In this document: positions 35,241 to 49,573 of the stretch, in pieces
Layout: every line of letters begins with the position of its first letter
Numbering within the stretch: position 1 is the first letter of the stretch
Assembly: GCF_009914755.1 (NCBI RefSeq)
Contig: NC_060930.1
Origin: the human T2T-CHM13v2.0 reference genome, Homo sapiens
Strand: one strand, 5' to 3'
DNA: 64,000 bases
Position numbers and translations under genes: made by a program
The notes under the pieces: generated by a model
Told to the model about the DNA's origin: nothing
The model's database searches: none
The model's input: the letters and a program-made list of their open reading frames with translations, nothing else

Positions 35241-37109
35241 CCCAAATCTTTATTAAGTTATTTAAAAGGTTTAGAACAGATCATGATAGTTTTGCCCAAA
35301 CCTCTATCTTTCTGGATTGAGTATACACATCTCACGAAGGAAATACACGTATTTTAAGAAGAAAATGCAGCCTGAAAATTTAGAGAGATAAGGTTTCCTA
35401 TGTGTTTTGTTTTTATCATTTAATCTATGAAGAAAAAAACCAGCAGCTCCCTGTGCCTTTCGAAGGACTTTTAAATGAGCTTGAAGCTCCTTTATGTGCT
35501 TCTGAAAAGAACATTAAGGTATTCATGCCCATATTTCAAAAGAGCAAGCAATTAGGTAAACACAAATAATACTTTATACAACACCTTTCTTCTAAAAAGC
35601 TCACACAGTTTTAGAAACAGGCCGATAAAGCTGCACCCACCTAGAGAGTGGGGACAAGTATTCTTTTCCTCTTTGATATGAAAGGAAACTGAAAAAGAAG
35701 AGTTAAAAAGAACCAATTTTCTGAAGTCTACTCATTATCAGAGTTTTCAAAGTACTGTGTATTGCTTAGTCTTCAACATTCTCATCCTGCTCGTCCAAAT
35801 AGACCTAAGATGGGGGTCTTAAAATTTTTGTGAGGAAGAAATGCCACTCATTGGCAACTAATAAAAGGCTTTTTCTCTGGGCAATTGCATTGCTGATAGA
35901 AACTGACTTTTAAAAGCAAAGATATAAATAAAATAATGAATGGACTTTTTCTATCTGGCCCCTTCACACTGCTTAACATTTCAGTTTTTACTAAGCAGGA
36001 GAGCAGTCATTTTATTAAGCATTCCCAAGATAAAATTACATCCTCAGCATCTAAAGGAGGTTAAAAAATAAATGAAAAATGAGACCCTTGTCCTCTAAGA
36101 ACCAATTTGATATTTACTGTCGGGGGACTCAACCTTGTATTACTGCTAGAGACAGGCAGGACGTCACTTTCCTTGGGGTCAATGCAGGGTGGACTCTAGG
36201 CATTGGGACTGTCAGTATTACAAGGAACAGTGAATTCCCTATCGGATCATTTCAAATAGCTTATCTGAATAGGATTTTACTGGGAAAAAAATGACAAGCC
36301 CATATTTCTGACATTTAAATCACTCAAAGCAGTAATTTCTGTGGAGTGAGCTTCATAAGCTTTATTTGACTAAGCTTATTCAAGCATTACAACTGCATTA
36401 GTGTCAGCAAGCCATAGCTGATTCAGTAAAATAGGCTTTATAAAATTGTGGTTGCTTTAGAGCTCATGTTTTTGGAACCTACTAAGCAGCCTCCCTTGAA
36501 TAGTATTGATCTAGGGTTATGCTCTGCAAGATATCTGCCATTCAATGTCTGCTTCTATCTTAGAAAAAAATAAGAAAAATGAAAAACAGTTTAGGAATCA
36601 TTTTTTTCTTGCATAAAAATCACTTTCTTTTTTAATCTGATAACAACAGGGATACACATTATATATTCAAATTTGGATATTAAACTCATTGGTTCAGTGT
36701 TAGAGGAAGTTCTTCAAAAATAGCATCAATTATTTTACCCATGTTACTTCTAATTAAACATGTCTTCTTTCAAATACTCTACAAATCATAAAAAGAGCCA
36801 GATCATTAAAGAGTTTTGCTAAGGCAGTTTTCATAAGAAAACTACAATAGTTAATATGCTAGCCCCAAAATTGATCACAATTACATTGCTATAGGTTTAT
36901 ATAACATCTCTGCACCAGTGAAACTGAAAATCATCACACAAGCCAGATTTCTGGAGGTATATATGACTTTCTGAGAAATATTCCATCATTTCAGAAGCCA
37001 CAATGGCTCAAAGAGCACTTCGGTAATAAAATGAGGCCATCTTATGAGTAGGGCTTAACAAAACTTAACCATGGGTGAAAGCTGACTTGTCATTTGGCAA
37101 AAAAATAAA

Positions 37110-37521
37110 TGCTATGTTAGTTTGCTAGGGCTGACATAACAACATACCACAAACTGGGTGACTTACACACAACACAAATGTGTTGCCACACAGTTCTGGA
37201 GGAAGCGGAAGTCTGAAATCAAAGTATTGATAGGGTTCTTTCTGAGGCCTGTGAGGGAAGAATCTGTTTAAGCTTCTCTCTTTGGCTTGTAGATGGCTGG
37301 CTTCATGTTAACATGGCATTCTTCCTCTATGTGTTTCTGTCTCCAAATTTCCCCTTTCCATAAGGATACCAGTTATAATGGATTGGATCACACCTTAATG
37401 ACCTAATTTTAACTTGATTACCTCTGTAAAGACACTATGACCAATTAAGATCATACTCTGAGTTTCTGGGAATTAGAACTTCAACGTAAGGTTGTGGGAA
37501 GATACAATTCAACCTATGACA
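37110..37521 (-). mobile_element. MLT1B/C MaLR LTR
   Basis: tagtttgctagggctgacataac...acaattcaacctatgaca. Confidence 0.8.
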
Positions 37522-39202
37522 AATGTTATATGGTCTCCTCACCATACAATAAAATTATCTTTTAAAAGTTTAAGTTAAATGTACACCTAAGGCATTACTA
37601 TTAATGAGTTGTGTAAAATAAAATTTTGATTAAATTGTAGAGGAAATTGATTCCTTCTCAAATTCCAGATGTAGCTGAAAACTGAAATCATCCAAGGGAT
37701 GGCTTCTGGTCATAATTAGGTTAGCTGGATTAAAAAATATTTGCATGTAGAAAAGTGTATATTTTAAAAGATGTATGCATGTGTGCACATACATGCAAAC
37801 ACCATAGGTCAGTGAGGCATATGCCATCAACATATTTTAATGAAATGATAATGTCAGAATTCAGAGTAACTACAATTTGACCAGAAATTAAATGCAGCTA
37901 TTTGTCCAAATTATTCATTTTTTCAATAAATTGAAATATTAGATTCTTTAAATAAGATTTTAACATTCAAATAACCCTATTATTTTTACCTTATGAATCT
38001 ATAACTGTAAAAGACCACATATTTTATTCTTTCATCAAAAATCAATATTTGTGGATGCCTAATCCAGACTAATCCAGACCAAGGCACTAACTCTCTTCAA
38101 TTCTGTGAAGGATAGAGCTTTCAGAGAAAGCTCTACTATAGGTTGTAGCTTTTATATAATTTAATTACATCATGTCATTTTAAAAATTGTTAAATTAAAA
38201 TATTTACAATAAAATGTTTCTCCAAAGGAAACCCACTTTCTTCACTTATCCCAGAAAAAGAAAATTTTTATCTAATGATTTAAAAATGTCCAAAGCATGA
38301 ATGTTACCAAACAGAATGAAATTCTGGTTATAATGTTTGTTAAATGATTCTACAATAATTTATTCAACAAAATCCACTACCCTCAGAACCTAAAATACAG
38401 GGATCATTTTAGGATTAATAAACAACTGAAAATTTATAGTATGAAATGCCAAAAAAATGCATTTTAATATATTTTTAGTATTATTTAGGTAGCATGACTT
38501 TAGTTTTAAAACATCAAGCTTATTAAATTTATCAATTAATCCTGAGAAATTCTAAGTTGTGAAAGGATCAAACCCCATTCTCTAGCAAGAAGGCCTGATA
38601 TTTGAAACGAAAAGCAAACAAGCAAGTGAAAAAAAAAAATTCTAGAACATGGCTCCACCCAGAATATGCCTCTGTGGTATGCAAATAGCGTTAAGTTGTG
38701 CCATCTTGAGACTCACAGTTCCTTATACAGAAAATAATGAACATTTTTGAGTCTTTGGAATTCATAATAATGTTAAAATGTGTGTTATAGCAAAATAGCA
38801 ACATTTCCTGGTGTCCTGCAAATTATTTCTCATGAAATTTAAACTGAGAATAATCTATAACATCTAAGTCTTAATTATGTAAAGCAGAACATTTTAATGA
38901 AATCACTTATTAATTTATTCCATTGTTCATTTGTACTTCTCATAGTTCTTTTGAATAAAAGTCTTTTACAAACCTCATCATTCTAGTAGTGTTCCCTATG
39001 AAACAGGATTTTATTATTTTTTATATGACACTTTCTGCAGTCATATCCTTCTCAGACTGTACGATCTAAAGCAAGCTCTTGGTAAATGGGACAAAGCCAA
39101 TTTGCCCTGCAGTGGATCCTGATGAAAGACTGACTAGTTACTAAGTGAACTTACCATAAAGAGATTTGGAAATCGAAGTGAGAAATTAAAAGCATACAAG
39201 TA

Positions 39203-41647
39203 AAGGCATACTACCTTTTATTGTGCTTCACTTTATCACATTGCAGATCCTGCACTTTTACAAATTGAGGGTTGTAGCAACCCTGCGTCCAGCAAGTCCA
39301 TTGGCATCATTTTTCCCATAGCATGTGCTTGCTTCATGCCTCTGTGTCACATTTTGGTAATTCTCACAATATTTCAAACTACTCCATTATTATTACATCT
39401 GTTACAGTGATCTGTGATCAGTGATTTCTGACGTTACTGTTGTATTTGTTTGCACCCATTAATTGTTTACAGGCTCCATGAATCCCACCCATTCAAGAAG
39501 GTGAACTTGATTGATAAATGTTGTGTGTGTTCTGACTGTTCCATTAACTGGCCATCTCTACTCTCTCTCCCTCTCCTCAGACGTCCCTATTCCCTGAGAC
39601 ACAATCAAAATTAGGCCAGTTAATAACCCTACAATGGCCTCTAAATGTTCAAATGGGAGGAAGAGTTACACATCTCTTCTTTTAAATCAAAAGCTACAAT
39701 GATTAAGCTTAGTGAGGAAGCCATGTTCAAAGCTGAGCTAGGCCAAAAGCTAGGCCTTTTGCACCAAACAGCTAAGTTGTGAGTGCAAAGGAAAAGTTAT
39801 TGAAAGAAATTAAAAAGTGCTACCCTGGTGAGGACATAAATGATAAAAAAGCAAAACAGCCTTAATGCTGATCTGAAGAAAATTCAAGTGTTCTGAATAG
39901 ATCAAACCAACCAAAACACTCCCTTCAGCCAAAGCCTAATCCAGACCAAGGCACTAACTCTCTTCAATTCTGTGAAGGCTTAGAGAAGTAAGGAAGCTGC
40001 AGAAGAAAAGTTGGAAGGTAGCAGAGGTTGGTTTATGAGATTTAGTGAAATAAGCCATCTCCATAAGATAGAAGTGCAAGGTGAAGCAACAAATGCTAAT
40101 GTAGAGGATATATGCTGCAAGGTGTCCAGAAGATCTAGCTAAGATGATGGATGAAAATGGCTACACTAAACAACAAACTTTCAATGTGGATGAAACAGCC
40201 TTATATTGAAAGAAGATGCCATTTAGGATTTTTATAAATCAATTGACTCCTAGAGAGAAGTCAATGCTTGGCTTCAAAGCTTCAAAGGACAGGCTAACTC
40301 TATCATTAGGAGCTAATGCAGCTGGTGACTTTAAGTTGAATCCAATGCTCATTTACCATTCTGACAAACCCAAGGCTCTGAAGAATTATACTAAATCTAC
40401 CTTGTCTATGCTCTATCAGTGGAACAACAGTTTTTTAATCTATCAGTGGAATGACAAATCCTGCATGACAGCACGTCTGTTTACTGAATATTTCGAGCCC
40501 AATGTTGAGACCTATTACTCAGAAAAAATATATGTATATATTTCTTTCAAAATATTTCTGCTTATTGAGAATGTACTTGGTCACTCAAGAGCTCTGATAG
40601 AGATGTTTAAGGAGATTAATGTTGTTTTTGATGCCCCCTAACACAAAAATATTTTCTGTGGCCCATGGATCAAAGAGTAATTTTTATTTCTAGAGTTATT
40701 TTTTAAGAAATACGTTTTTGTAAAGCTATAGCTAGCGACTCTTTTCTTGGATCTAAATGAAGCAAATTTACAATCTTCTGGAGGATTCACCATTCTATAT
40801 GCCATCAAAAACATTTGGGATTCAAAGTAGGAGGTCAAAATATCAACATTATCAGGATTTCCTTAACAGTTGATTCCAACCCTCATGATCACTTTAAGGG
40901 GTTCAAGACTTCCGTGGAGGAAACAACTGCAGATGTAATAGAAATAGGAAGAGATCTAGAATTAGAAGTGGAGCCTGAAGATGGAACTGAACTGCCGCAA
41001 TCTCATGATTAAACTTGAACAGGTGAGGAGATGCTTTCTTATGGATGAGCAAAGAAAGTGATTTCTTGAAATGGAATCTACTGCTGGTAAAGATGCTGTG
41101 AACATTGTTGAAATGACAACAAAGGATTTAGAATATTTTATAAACTTAGTAAATTAAAAAACTGGCCTAGTTGTAGAGGATTATCTCCAATATTGAAAGA
41201 AGTTCTCCTGTGAGTAAAATGCTATCAAACAATGTTGCAGGCTATTGAGAAATCTTTTCTGAAAGTCAGAGTCCATCGATGCAGCAAACTTCATTGTTGT
41301 CTTTTGTTAAGAAATTGCCACAGCCACCCCAACCTTTAGCAACCACCACCATGATTGGTCAGCAGACATCAACATCAAGGCAAGACACTTTACCAGCAAA
41401 AAGATTATGACTTGCTGAAGGCTTTGATGTTTGTTAGCAGTTTTTAGAAATAAAGTATTTTTAAATTAAAGTGTGTATATATTTTTAGACATAATGTAAT
41501 TATATACATAATAGACTACTCTATAGTGTAGATATAACTTTTATATGTACTGGGATACCAAAGAATTAGTGTGATTTGTTTTAATGAGATAATGGCTTTA
41601 TTGCAGTGATCTGGACCTAAATCTGAAGTATCTTCAAGGTATTCCTG
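39203..41647 (+). mobile_element. Full-length Tigger1 (TcMar) DNA transposon with decayed transposase
   Basis: TA-flanked TIRs (aaggcatac... / ...ggtattcctg); ORF 40216..40641 contains [24 protein letters not shown]. Confidence 0.93.
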
Positions 41648-42324
41648 TATTATTTTTTCCTTTGAAGATGAATTTAGTTCCTATGAAAATAAAGAATAAT
41701 TAGAAAAGATCTTATCAGATTATTTTAATAAGGCATTAAGAATATGCCATGGCTCCACAGCAAAAGGTTGTGGATGGAGCAGCAAACTGGGTGCTGGAAG
41801 AAGAGTTTGCTGGGGACCCTAGAGGTATCACTTCATTTGTCTAAAAACTAGTCATTTTCTGCAAATGTAAATCAGGGACTGACCCTCCCTTCTACAGTGA
41901 CCAAGATCAATGGAAAGTGAAAGCATGTAATATTCAAGGTAAATAGCAGTACTCAGTAAGTGCCCTTAAGGGAATGTACCCTATAGCAAAATCCTAAGTG
42001 CAATAGACACGCTATCGTGAGGTTGAAGCAAAAATAACAGATCGTATTGTATGTATATTTTCCACTTCCATATTTAAGGCCCTGTATATAGTCTCAACAT
42101 TACAAAAAAAACATGAAGTATCAAAGATTGCACACTACGTTTAAGAAACCCTAGCTCCCATTACTCATCCCTTCTAGTTGTATACTCCAGCAAACCCAAA
42201 ACCTGTGTGAATCCTGGGACTCACAGTGATCTCTCAGTTCTTATGAATTTGAGTATTCTGCATCTTAAATCTGAAATAAATTCACCTGATTGTCTACCTT
42301 GCTACCTACTCCCTTTGCAGGACT

Positions 42325-42497
42325 CAAGTTTATTGGAACATAGCCACACCCATTCATTTTCATATTGCATTTTGTCTATTGTCTATGCGTTCCTCCCACA
42401 GTGGCAGAGTTGAGCAAGAGTGATATAGACCATACAGCCCACAAAACCTAAAACATTTACTAACAGGCCCTTTACAAAAAGAGTTCGCCAATTTCTG
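42325..42497 (+). mobile_element. MER58A fragment
   Basis: ttattggaacatagccacacccattcattt...ggccctttacaaaaagagttcgcca. Confidence 0.8.
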
Positions 42498-42619
42498 CTC
42501 TTTTAATCTAGAAGAGTAACTGACATAGTAAAAACTTTAAAAAGTATTACATGTTTTTTAAATTTGGTAGTAATAATTTAAGCCAGCATTTCATAAATAT
42601 GAATCAGGCATAGGAGAGG

Positions 42620-42800
42620 CATATGGCACAGGAAATAAAAGTAGTGCTAGGATGGGACAGTGCTGGGTTTGAATCCTAACTTTGTACTAGCATCTGCACC
42701 TCGGTGTTCTCTATAAAACAGATCATTAAAACTACCTCATAGGATGATCATAAAAAATAGTTGCAGTACTTAGCAATATGTCAGGCACAATAGCTGTTAA
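42620..42800 (+). mobile_element. MIR fragment
   Basis: ctgggtttgaatcct...ctacctcataggatg core. Confidence 0.6.
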
Positions 42801-43559
42801 CTCTTCCCTTTAATGACAAACTCCCTAACTATTAATTGATAACAATGATAAATATTCTTACATATAAATATGGCTTTCTACAATGTCTCTCTGAGGGGAA
42901 ATTACTTCAGCTCTATCCATTTATTCTTTGCTCTGTACATGAAATTCTAAAATTCTGAGATTAAACTGCTTTTTCGTGGATATGATCATTGGGGTTATAT
43001 AACTGAGAATATAAGCCCTGGAGGCTTAGAGTTTCATTTATTTGAAGAGCCTTTACATTGCAAAGTACACAACTGATGCTAAACTCATTCATAACTACCA
43101 TTGCAATAAAGCCATGAGATGTAAACAATTCAGAAATTTATTTCTTCAACCAATGTTCAGAATGCATAATAGGTAAAACTATGCATTTTCATTCATGTAA
43201 AAATCATACTGTTTTTAATGCATTCACTACCAATTGCAAAAAAGCACATTATTGCCATTTTTTTGTTAATCCCTTTCATAATTTGGTGCTATTTTTTTTT
43301 TCTAAATAAGCATTATGTCCTGAAAGATTTCTGTAAGGTGGTTATTTGGAGCACAAATGTATTTCCCCATTTTGATTAAAGAATGTATGAGGGTTGGTTA
43401 TGGTCTCAGTATCAAAACCTTTTTAATATTATGCAACCTACCAAAATCTTTTTAGTATTATGCAGCTGAATTGTTACACAAATAAAACTCTAGACATCCT
43501 CACACTTTTAAATATGTTTGCATTTTATCTAGTGTGGAGCAAGTGCTAGTCAGCTCAAG

Positions 43560-43815
43560 CTTCAGTTCTTTCAGGAAGCCATGGATATATGCCTCCGAGA
43601 TGAGATAAATGTCCTTCCTGGATGTTTCCAGAATACCCTTTTTGCACATATTGGCATATTATATTGCAATTGCCTGTTTATGTTTCCAGATCTCCCATTA
43701 GAACATAAGCTCCTAGAAGCTTCTCATATTCATTTGTATACCTCTGGTGCCCAGCACAATGACTGGCACTAAGCAAATGTTATTGAATTGGTGTGCAGAG
43801 TTGAATACTGAATGC
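43560..43815 (+). mobile_element. L2 3' fragment
   Basis: ctcccattagaacataagctcc...tgcccagcacaatgactggcac...ttattgaat. Confidence 0.6.
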
Positions 43816-45862
43816 CACATGATGCCTTTTATGGAATAGATGCTCCAAAAATGTGTACTGTATTAGAAATGAACCCCTTTGTGCCCTTTTGTGTTACCGT
43901 TCCCAGGCATTTATTCCAGGAGCATGTTTTGTATCTGAACCTGTATCACCAGATCCTCACGGTATCTGAAGACTTATTAATGTGAATAAGCAGAGTGCTC
44001 TCCCTTCCCTTAAGCTAAGCCCCCAGAGGGTCTGCATGTAGAACACCATTGAATCTTAGCCACTGCAATAGAATCTCCAGGAGTAGGAGCTGAGAAAGGA
44101 GGAATGCCCTCCTCAGAATGGAACCCGGGTTGGGTGTGTAAAGGGGAAAGATTTAGCTTCGGACAATGATGATGGCGCTGTGCAGTGGACAATGGAGAAA
44201 ATGGGTGGAGTCCTGGCAGTGGGGGCCTGAAAAAAGGGCAGGAAGCTTTATTATGGGAAAGGGATGGGGACATAATCTGAGGGAACAGAAATAGTGGTAG
44301 CTGTTCTCAGTTTTTCTGGGCCCTGAAGTTTTGTTCTGGTAGAGACACACGGGGATATGAAGTGCATTCAGTTTTGTGTCCAAAAATATTGACCGCTCTG
44401 GTTATACAGCAGTTGGAGAGGCAGTAGAACATTCATCATTCAAAATCACAAATAACTATAAGTATTGTTGAGAGACGTTCATAAGTACAGGGATAATTCT
44501 ACTGTCCAGTTTTTGCTTCCCACATTTAAACTCTAGAGAAAAGAATTCTGCCTTTGTTTAGCACAATTACATCTATTGAATAGTATTATATGCACTTTTG
44601 GCTGTTAGCAAATTGTTTTAAAAACAAAAAAATTATTATTTATATGTACTTATCAGTTAAATACTGAACATAACTGAAAAGTTGCAAATATGAAAATACT
44701 TGGAAAAACATACATGTTGTATCTACCTAATTCCTTATTTTTTCCCCACTCTCTCACCAGAAAAAGTAGACAATTTATCTGTGTTATTATAAAAGGCTGG
44801 CCAAGAAAGGCTATTTAAAGTATACCATAATCAATTTTGTGATGATGACTATTAAATATATGCATATCCATTTTTAATAAAGATATCAGTATTAAAGTTT
44901 TATATTTTTCTGGATGCACAGCAGAGATAGAATTTAAGTAGGTAACAAAATGTCCTGCATTGACAAGTCTGACTTTTGAGGACCAAAATTTATCAACTTT
45001 CTATGAACAGCATAATGCTTTACCTTACAACAGGTTAAAGAAACTCAGAGTGATATGTTGTCATCAACACCTTTTGTTCACCCCTGTGGTATGCATACCC
45101 ATAGGATTTAAGAAGGACAAAGTTGCAGCCCTTTCTGTACATTGAATAGCAGGTTTCATCATAACAGGGACTATATTTTTTAACACTAAATCGAATATAA
45201 TGGAGAATCAATGGTGATCTTTGCCATGGCTCCAGTTACTCCACATGCCCCATTGGTGCTAATTGGTAAAAGGAGTTCCCTCCTCTAAGCAGTCAGGGCT
45301 GCTACACCAGAGCTCAGTGTTTCTTGCAGAGAGAACATGTCAGATTTGCACACATTCTCACTTCTTTGTCCAGGCATCCTTCTGCAACCTGTGGCAATCC
45401 CAGTTTTGATCTACATGAACTGGGGAACTCTAAGCTGGCAGGTAACAAAAGACCACTTCAAAAGTTTTTACTTGTTTGTTAGGTTAACAATATTATATTA
45501 ATACATTTGTGCAACACTTCAGTTTGTTACACAATTCACATACATCATATCAACTGATCTACTTGAGGTTGGTTGGCAGCTAGTCTCATTCTCACTTTAG
45601 AAAGAGGAAACTGAGGCTCAGAAACATTATGTGATAAGTACTGGAAAATGGTGGTATCAAGACTAGAACTCAGAGAGCTAGACTTTATCAATTCTATTAG
45701 CTGGAACTAAGGTATCAAGAATAATTGTAAATACCTAATGAATGGTAACTATATGTCAGGCACCATTCTAAACACTGGCAATATAGTCCCTGCTCTCATG
45801 ACGTTTACATTCTAGTGAGGAGAAGCTGCATTTGAATCTGTTTTTTAAAAAATAAGTTTGAA

Positions 45863-46284
45863 TAAAAATATATAACCAACCTAAATGCCCATCAACCAAC
45901 AAATGATAAAATGTGGCATACATACCCCATGGAATACCACTCAGCCATAAAACAGAATCACGTAATGGCCATTCCAGCAACTTGGATGGAGCTGGGGGCA
46001 TTATTCTAAGTGAAGTAACACAAGAATGGAAAACCAAATATCATATGTTCTCACTTATAAGTGAGAGCTAAGCTATGAAAATGCAAAGGCATTAGAATGA
46101 TACAATGGACTTTGAGGACACAGAGGGAAGGGTTGTAGGGGGAACGAGGGATAAAAGACTACATATTGGGTACAGTGTACCCTGCTCAGGTGATGAGTTC
46201 ACCAAAATCTCAAAAACAACTACTAAAGAACTTATCTGTGCAACCAAAAACCACCTGTACCCCAACAATTATTGAAATAAAACT
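45863..46284 (+). mobile_element. 5'-truncated L1PB 3' end
   Basis: atgttctcacttataagtg...ctacatattgggtacagtgtac...aaaaccacctgtacccc; TSD aaaaaat(a/g)agtttgaa. Confidence 0.88.
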
Positions 46285-47869
46285 AAAAAATGAGTTTGAA
46301 GAGCAAAGAGGGGTACCCCAACTCAGCTGACTCCAGGAATTACCCTATCTCAATGTATTTCCTTCCATGTGAAGGGTACTGCTGACAACACAGAGAAACT
46401 GAACTCCATGAAAATCATACTACTTAGGATAAACTTCCCTCTCCCTGCACTTATGGTGGAAAGAGCACCTTTTAAAAGGAAGCTCTTGTTATTTCCATAT
46501 GTCAGTGGACTAGCACTCACAGCCCAGGACAAAATCTCAAACCAGCAACAAAGTAAAAACAACTTAATTACTGTGTTATTCATACACATCAACGACTTCA
46601 TGCTATTACTTCAGCCAAAGGACAGTTATTTAAAAAAAAATCAGTATGTGATTTAGATTTATGAGATTATGCAGCAGCACTAAACTGAATTTTAATGTTG
46701 GATGTATTATTTAATCTAACATTAGTTCTCACTTAAATTTCAGATATTCAGAACTCAGACCTTTGTTATTCCAAGGACTAATGTATAACAAATGGATAAA
46801 TCAAAGAACTACTGAAATCCAGTCACAACCATAATAGTATTTATTTTTACTTTTTTCTGTGTGCTAGTTTCCTAGTGTAATCAGCACCAAAAAAAAAAAA
46901 AAAAGGCATTAAACAAGAGAAGAATGCTTGTGTTTCTGAGTTTGTTTTTTCATGAATTGTACACATAATCTAAACTAAGATCACAGACACACAATTAGAA
47001 CTAGAAATGAACAGGCTGATTTAGTCTTAGTCTTATCTCAGAGGCCACAGGAAAAATGTCAACACTTGATTTTTATCTTTCTAATCAAACCCAATGCATA
47101 TCTTATCCTTTACTGAAACTTTAGTACTATAAATTATGTTCAGAGTTATCTCCCTTCCTCTCAAAACTTCTTTTATTTACATATATACCTGTTTTACTCT
47201 TTTTTTTTCTGTATTGAGGTCTGTGATGATTTTTCAAGACACTTTATTTTGGTATTTGTTTTGTTTTTATACCATAGCTAAATATTATAAAATGGGATCA
47301 ATTTATTTACTTATTTATTCAATTATCCCTCCAACATTCATGCATTTATTCTTTCATACATTCATTTATCAGATGTTTACTAAGCACTTACTATGTTCCA
47401 GACATTGTTTCATGTTATGATAATGAAAAAGACGGACCTAGACTCTATACTCCTTAATTTTTAAAGATTTGAGATTCTTTATACTTTGCTTACTGCCATT
47501 GTCCATGTTCCATAGATTCTGAACCCTTTGCTGATAATGACAACTGGAAATTCCCTTGGATATCTACTTTGCAATCATTTCGTAAAAGTTAGATCTTTCC
47601 AGAAATTTTTACCTCACAGCATGCATTTCTGAAGATATCATTGGGCATAAACTGAAATTAGCAATTCACATGCATCTAATAATCTACTTTTCTCAAATGC
47701 ATCAGTTCCAATAATGTACTCACCCCTACTGATATTTTCCTATATGTTGTTTAGAAAATGTAATTAGAGTTAATATTTTTATCAAAAGGAATAACATTAT
47801 ACCTATCTGGAATAAATAGATGAGTTACCGAAAGATTGCTACAACTAACTCAACTACTGAATTTGTCCC

Positions 47870-48660
47870 CTTTTATCATTTGACAAATGAATATTGAGTG
47901 CTTACCGTGACAGTGTTGGACACAGAAAAACAAGATCTGATCCTTCCCTCAAGGGTCTTAGAGACTGCTGAGGCAGACAGAGAAGTGAGCCATAATCACA
48001 GCACTGTTAATCGTGTGACCCTGTCACGCACAGGCTGCTGTGGGAACATACTGTGAGGAGGACAACTAAGCCAGGGAAAGGGGCAGCATGTGTAAAAGCT
48101 TAAAGAATGAAAGAAGCCTACATTCATGACATTGCAGGTCTATTCACATTGCCGGAGGCAAAGACACTTGTAGCAAAATGGAGAGGGAAAAGGATAAAGA
48201 GATAGGTAGGCAGAAAATACATTTACAATGCCTGCGAGTGCTGAAATGAAGAGGCTGGACTTCATAACAAACAACACAGCAAGCCAGAGCTAAATATTAC
48301 AGAAGGATCTTAATCATATTTGTATTTTGGAAAGCTTATTTAAACAGCTGGGCACAGTAGTTGGGGTAAGACTCAGAAGCTAAATTAGAAGATTTTGCAG
48401 AAATCTAGGGTTTTTGTGATAAGAGGCCAAACTCTCAGAATGACACGAAGAATAGAGAGAAAGAGATGGAATTTTAAAATATCCAGGAAACAGTGTCTGC
48501 AGGACTTAAATTGTTTGATGATTAGAGAGTGTTTGTGTTGGGAGGGGTAATGATATGATAAATCGAGGGTGGGGAAGGTCAATGATTTGATTATTAGTGT
48601 TCTATTTCTAGAAAGTAGGTAAATAAACAGACAGTGGTGTCATTCACCACTACGGGAAAT
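47870..48660 (-). mobile_element. L2 fragment(s)
   Basis: tattgagtgcttac...ccctcaagg... purine-rich L2-like body; boundaries approximate. Confidence 0.5.
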
Positions 48661-49300
48661 CAAGGAAAACAAGTAAGTTTGCTGGGGAAAATTATGAATT
48701 TATAGTCACTAGAATAGATTAGTACCTAGATGGGAAAAATAATGGTCATTTCTTAGTTCTTAATATTTTATATTATTGACAAATATGCCAAACACGTAAA
48801 CACTCACACATATCTCATTGTGTGCACAAGCAGATGTGATTTGCATATCATTGTTGACTAGATGCATGTAGATATATTTGTTTACAAAATAAGATTTTAA
48901 TTTGAGAGGTAAGCTGTCATCATTGTGACTCTTGTAACAAAGTAGCCAGGTGGTATGTTGCCTTCTATCCTCATTTTATTCTAAATGATACATTGTCAAA
49001 ATAAATATTTTAATAATTATTTAATAATTATTATTTCCATCAAATAATTATTTATATATAAATATATATTTATATATAATACATATAAACACACACATAT
49101 ATATAAACATATATGTATAAAATATACATTAACTCTTTCTAGGGCTAGGCAAAACTCCTCTGAACATATTGGAGAGAAATAAGCAGATATTTTAGAAGAA
49201 AGCCTGAAATAATTGACATAACACATCAGATGTGTAAGATGATTCATATGATTCAAGACGGTTTAGTGATGGCAGCCAACAACAAATAAAGATGTTTTTG

Positions 49301-49573
49301 GGCCAGGCGTGGTGGCTCATGCCTGTAACTCCAGCATTTTGGGAGGCCTAGTGTTCGAGACCAGCCTGGGCAATATGGCGAAACCCTCTCTACAAAAAAA
49401 AAAAAAAAATATTAGCCAAGTGTGGTTGTATAGACTTATAACCCAGCTACTCAGGAGACTGAGGCAGGAGAATTGCTTGAACCTGGGAGGCGGAGGTTAC
49501 AGTGAGCCGAGATTGTGCCACTGTACTCTAGCCTGGGTAACAAAACAAGACTGTCTCAAAAACAAAAACAAAA
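49301..49573 (+). mobile_element. Alu (left arm internally deleted)
   Basis: ggccaggcgtggtggctcatgcctgtaa...gactgtctcaaaaac. Confidence 0.92.

Noticed and set aside
40216-40641. Domesticated TIGD/CENP-B-like gene
   Set aside because: A frameshifted fragment inside an ordinary TIR-bounded Tigger1.
44811-44820. MEF2-like CTATTTAAAG
   Set aside because: Mismatch to YTA(A/T)4TAR; such near-matches are expected by chance in AT-rich DNA.
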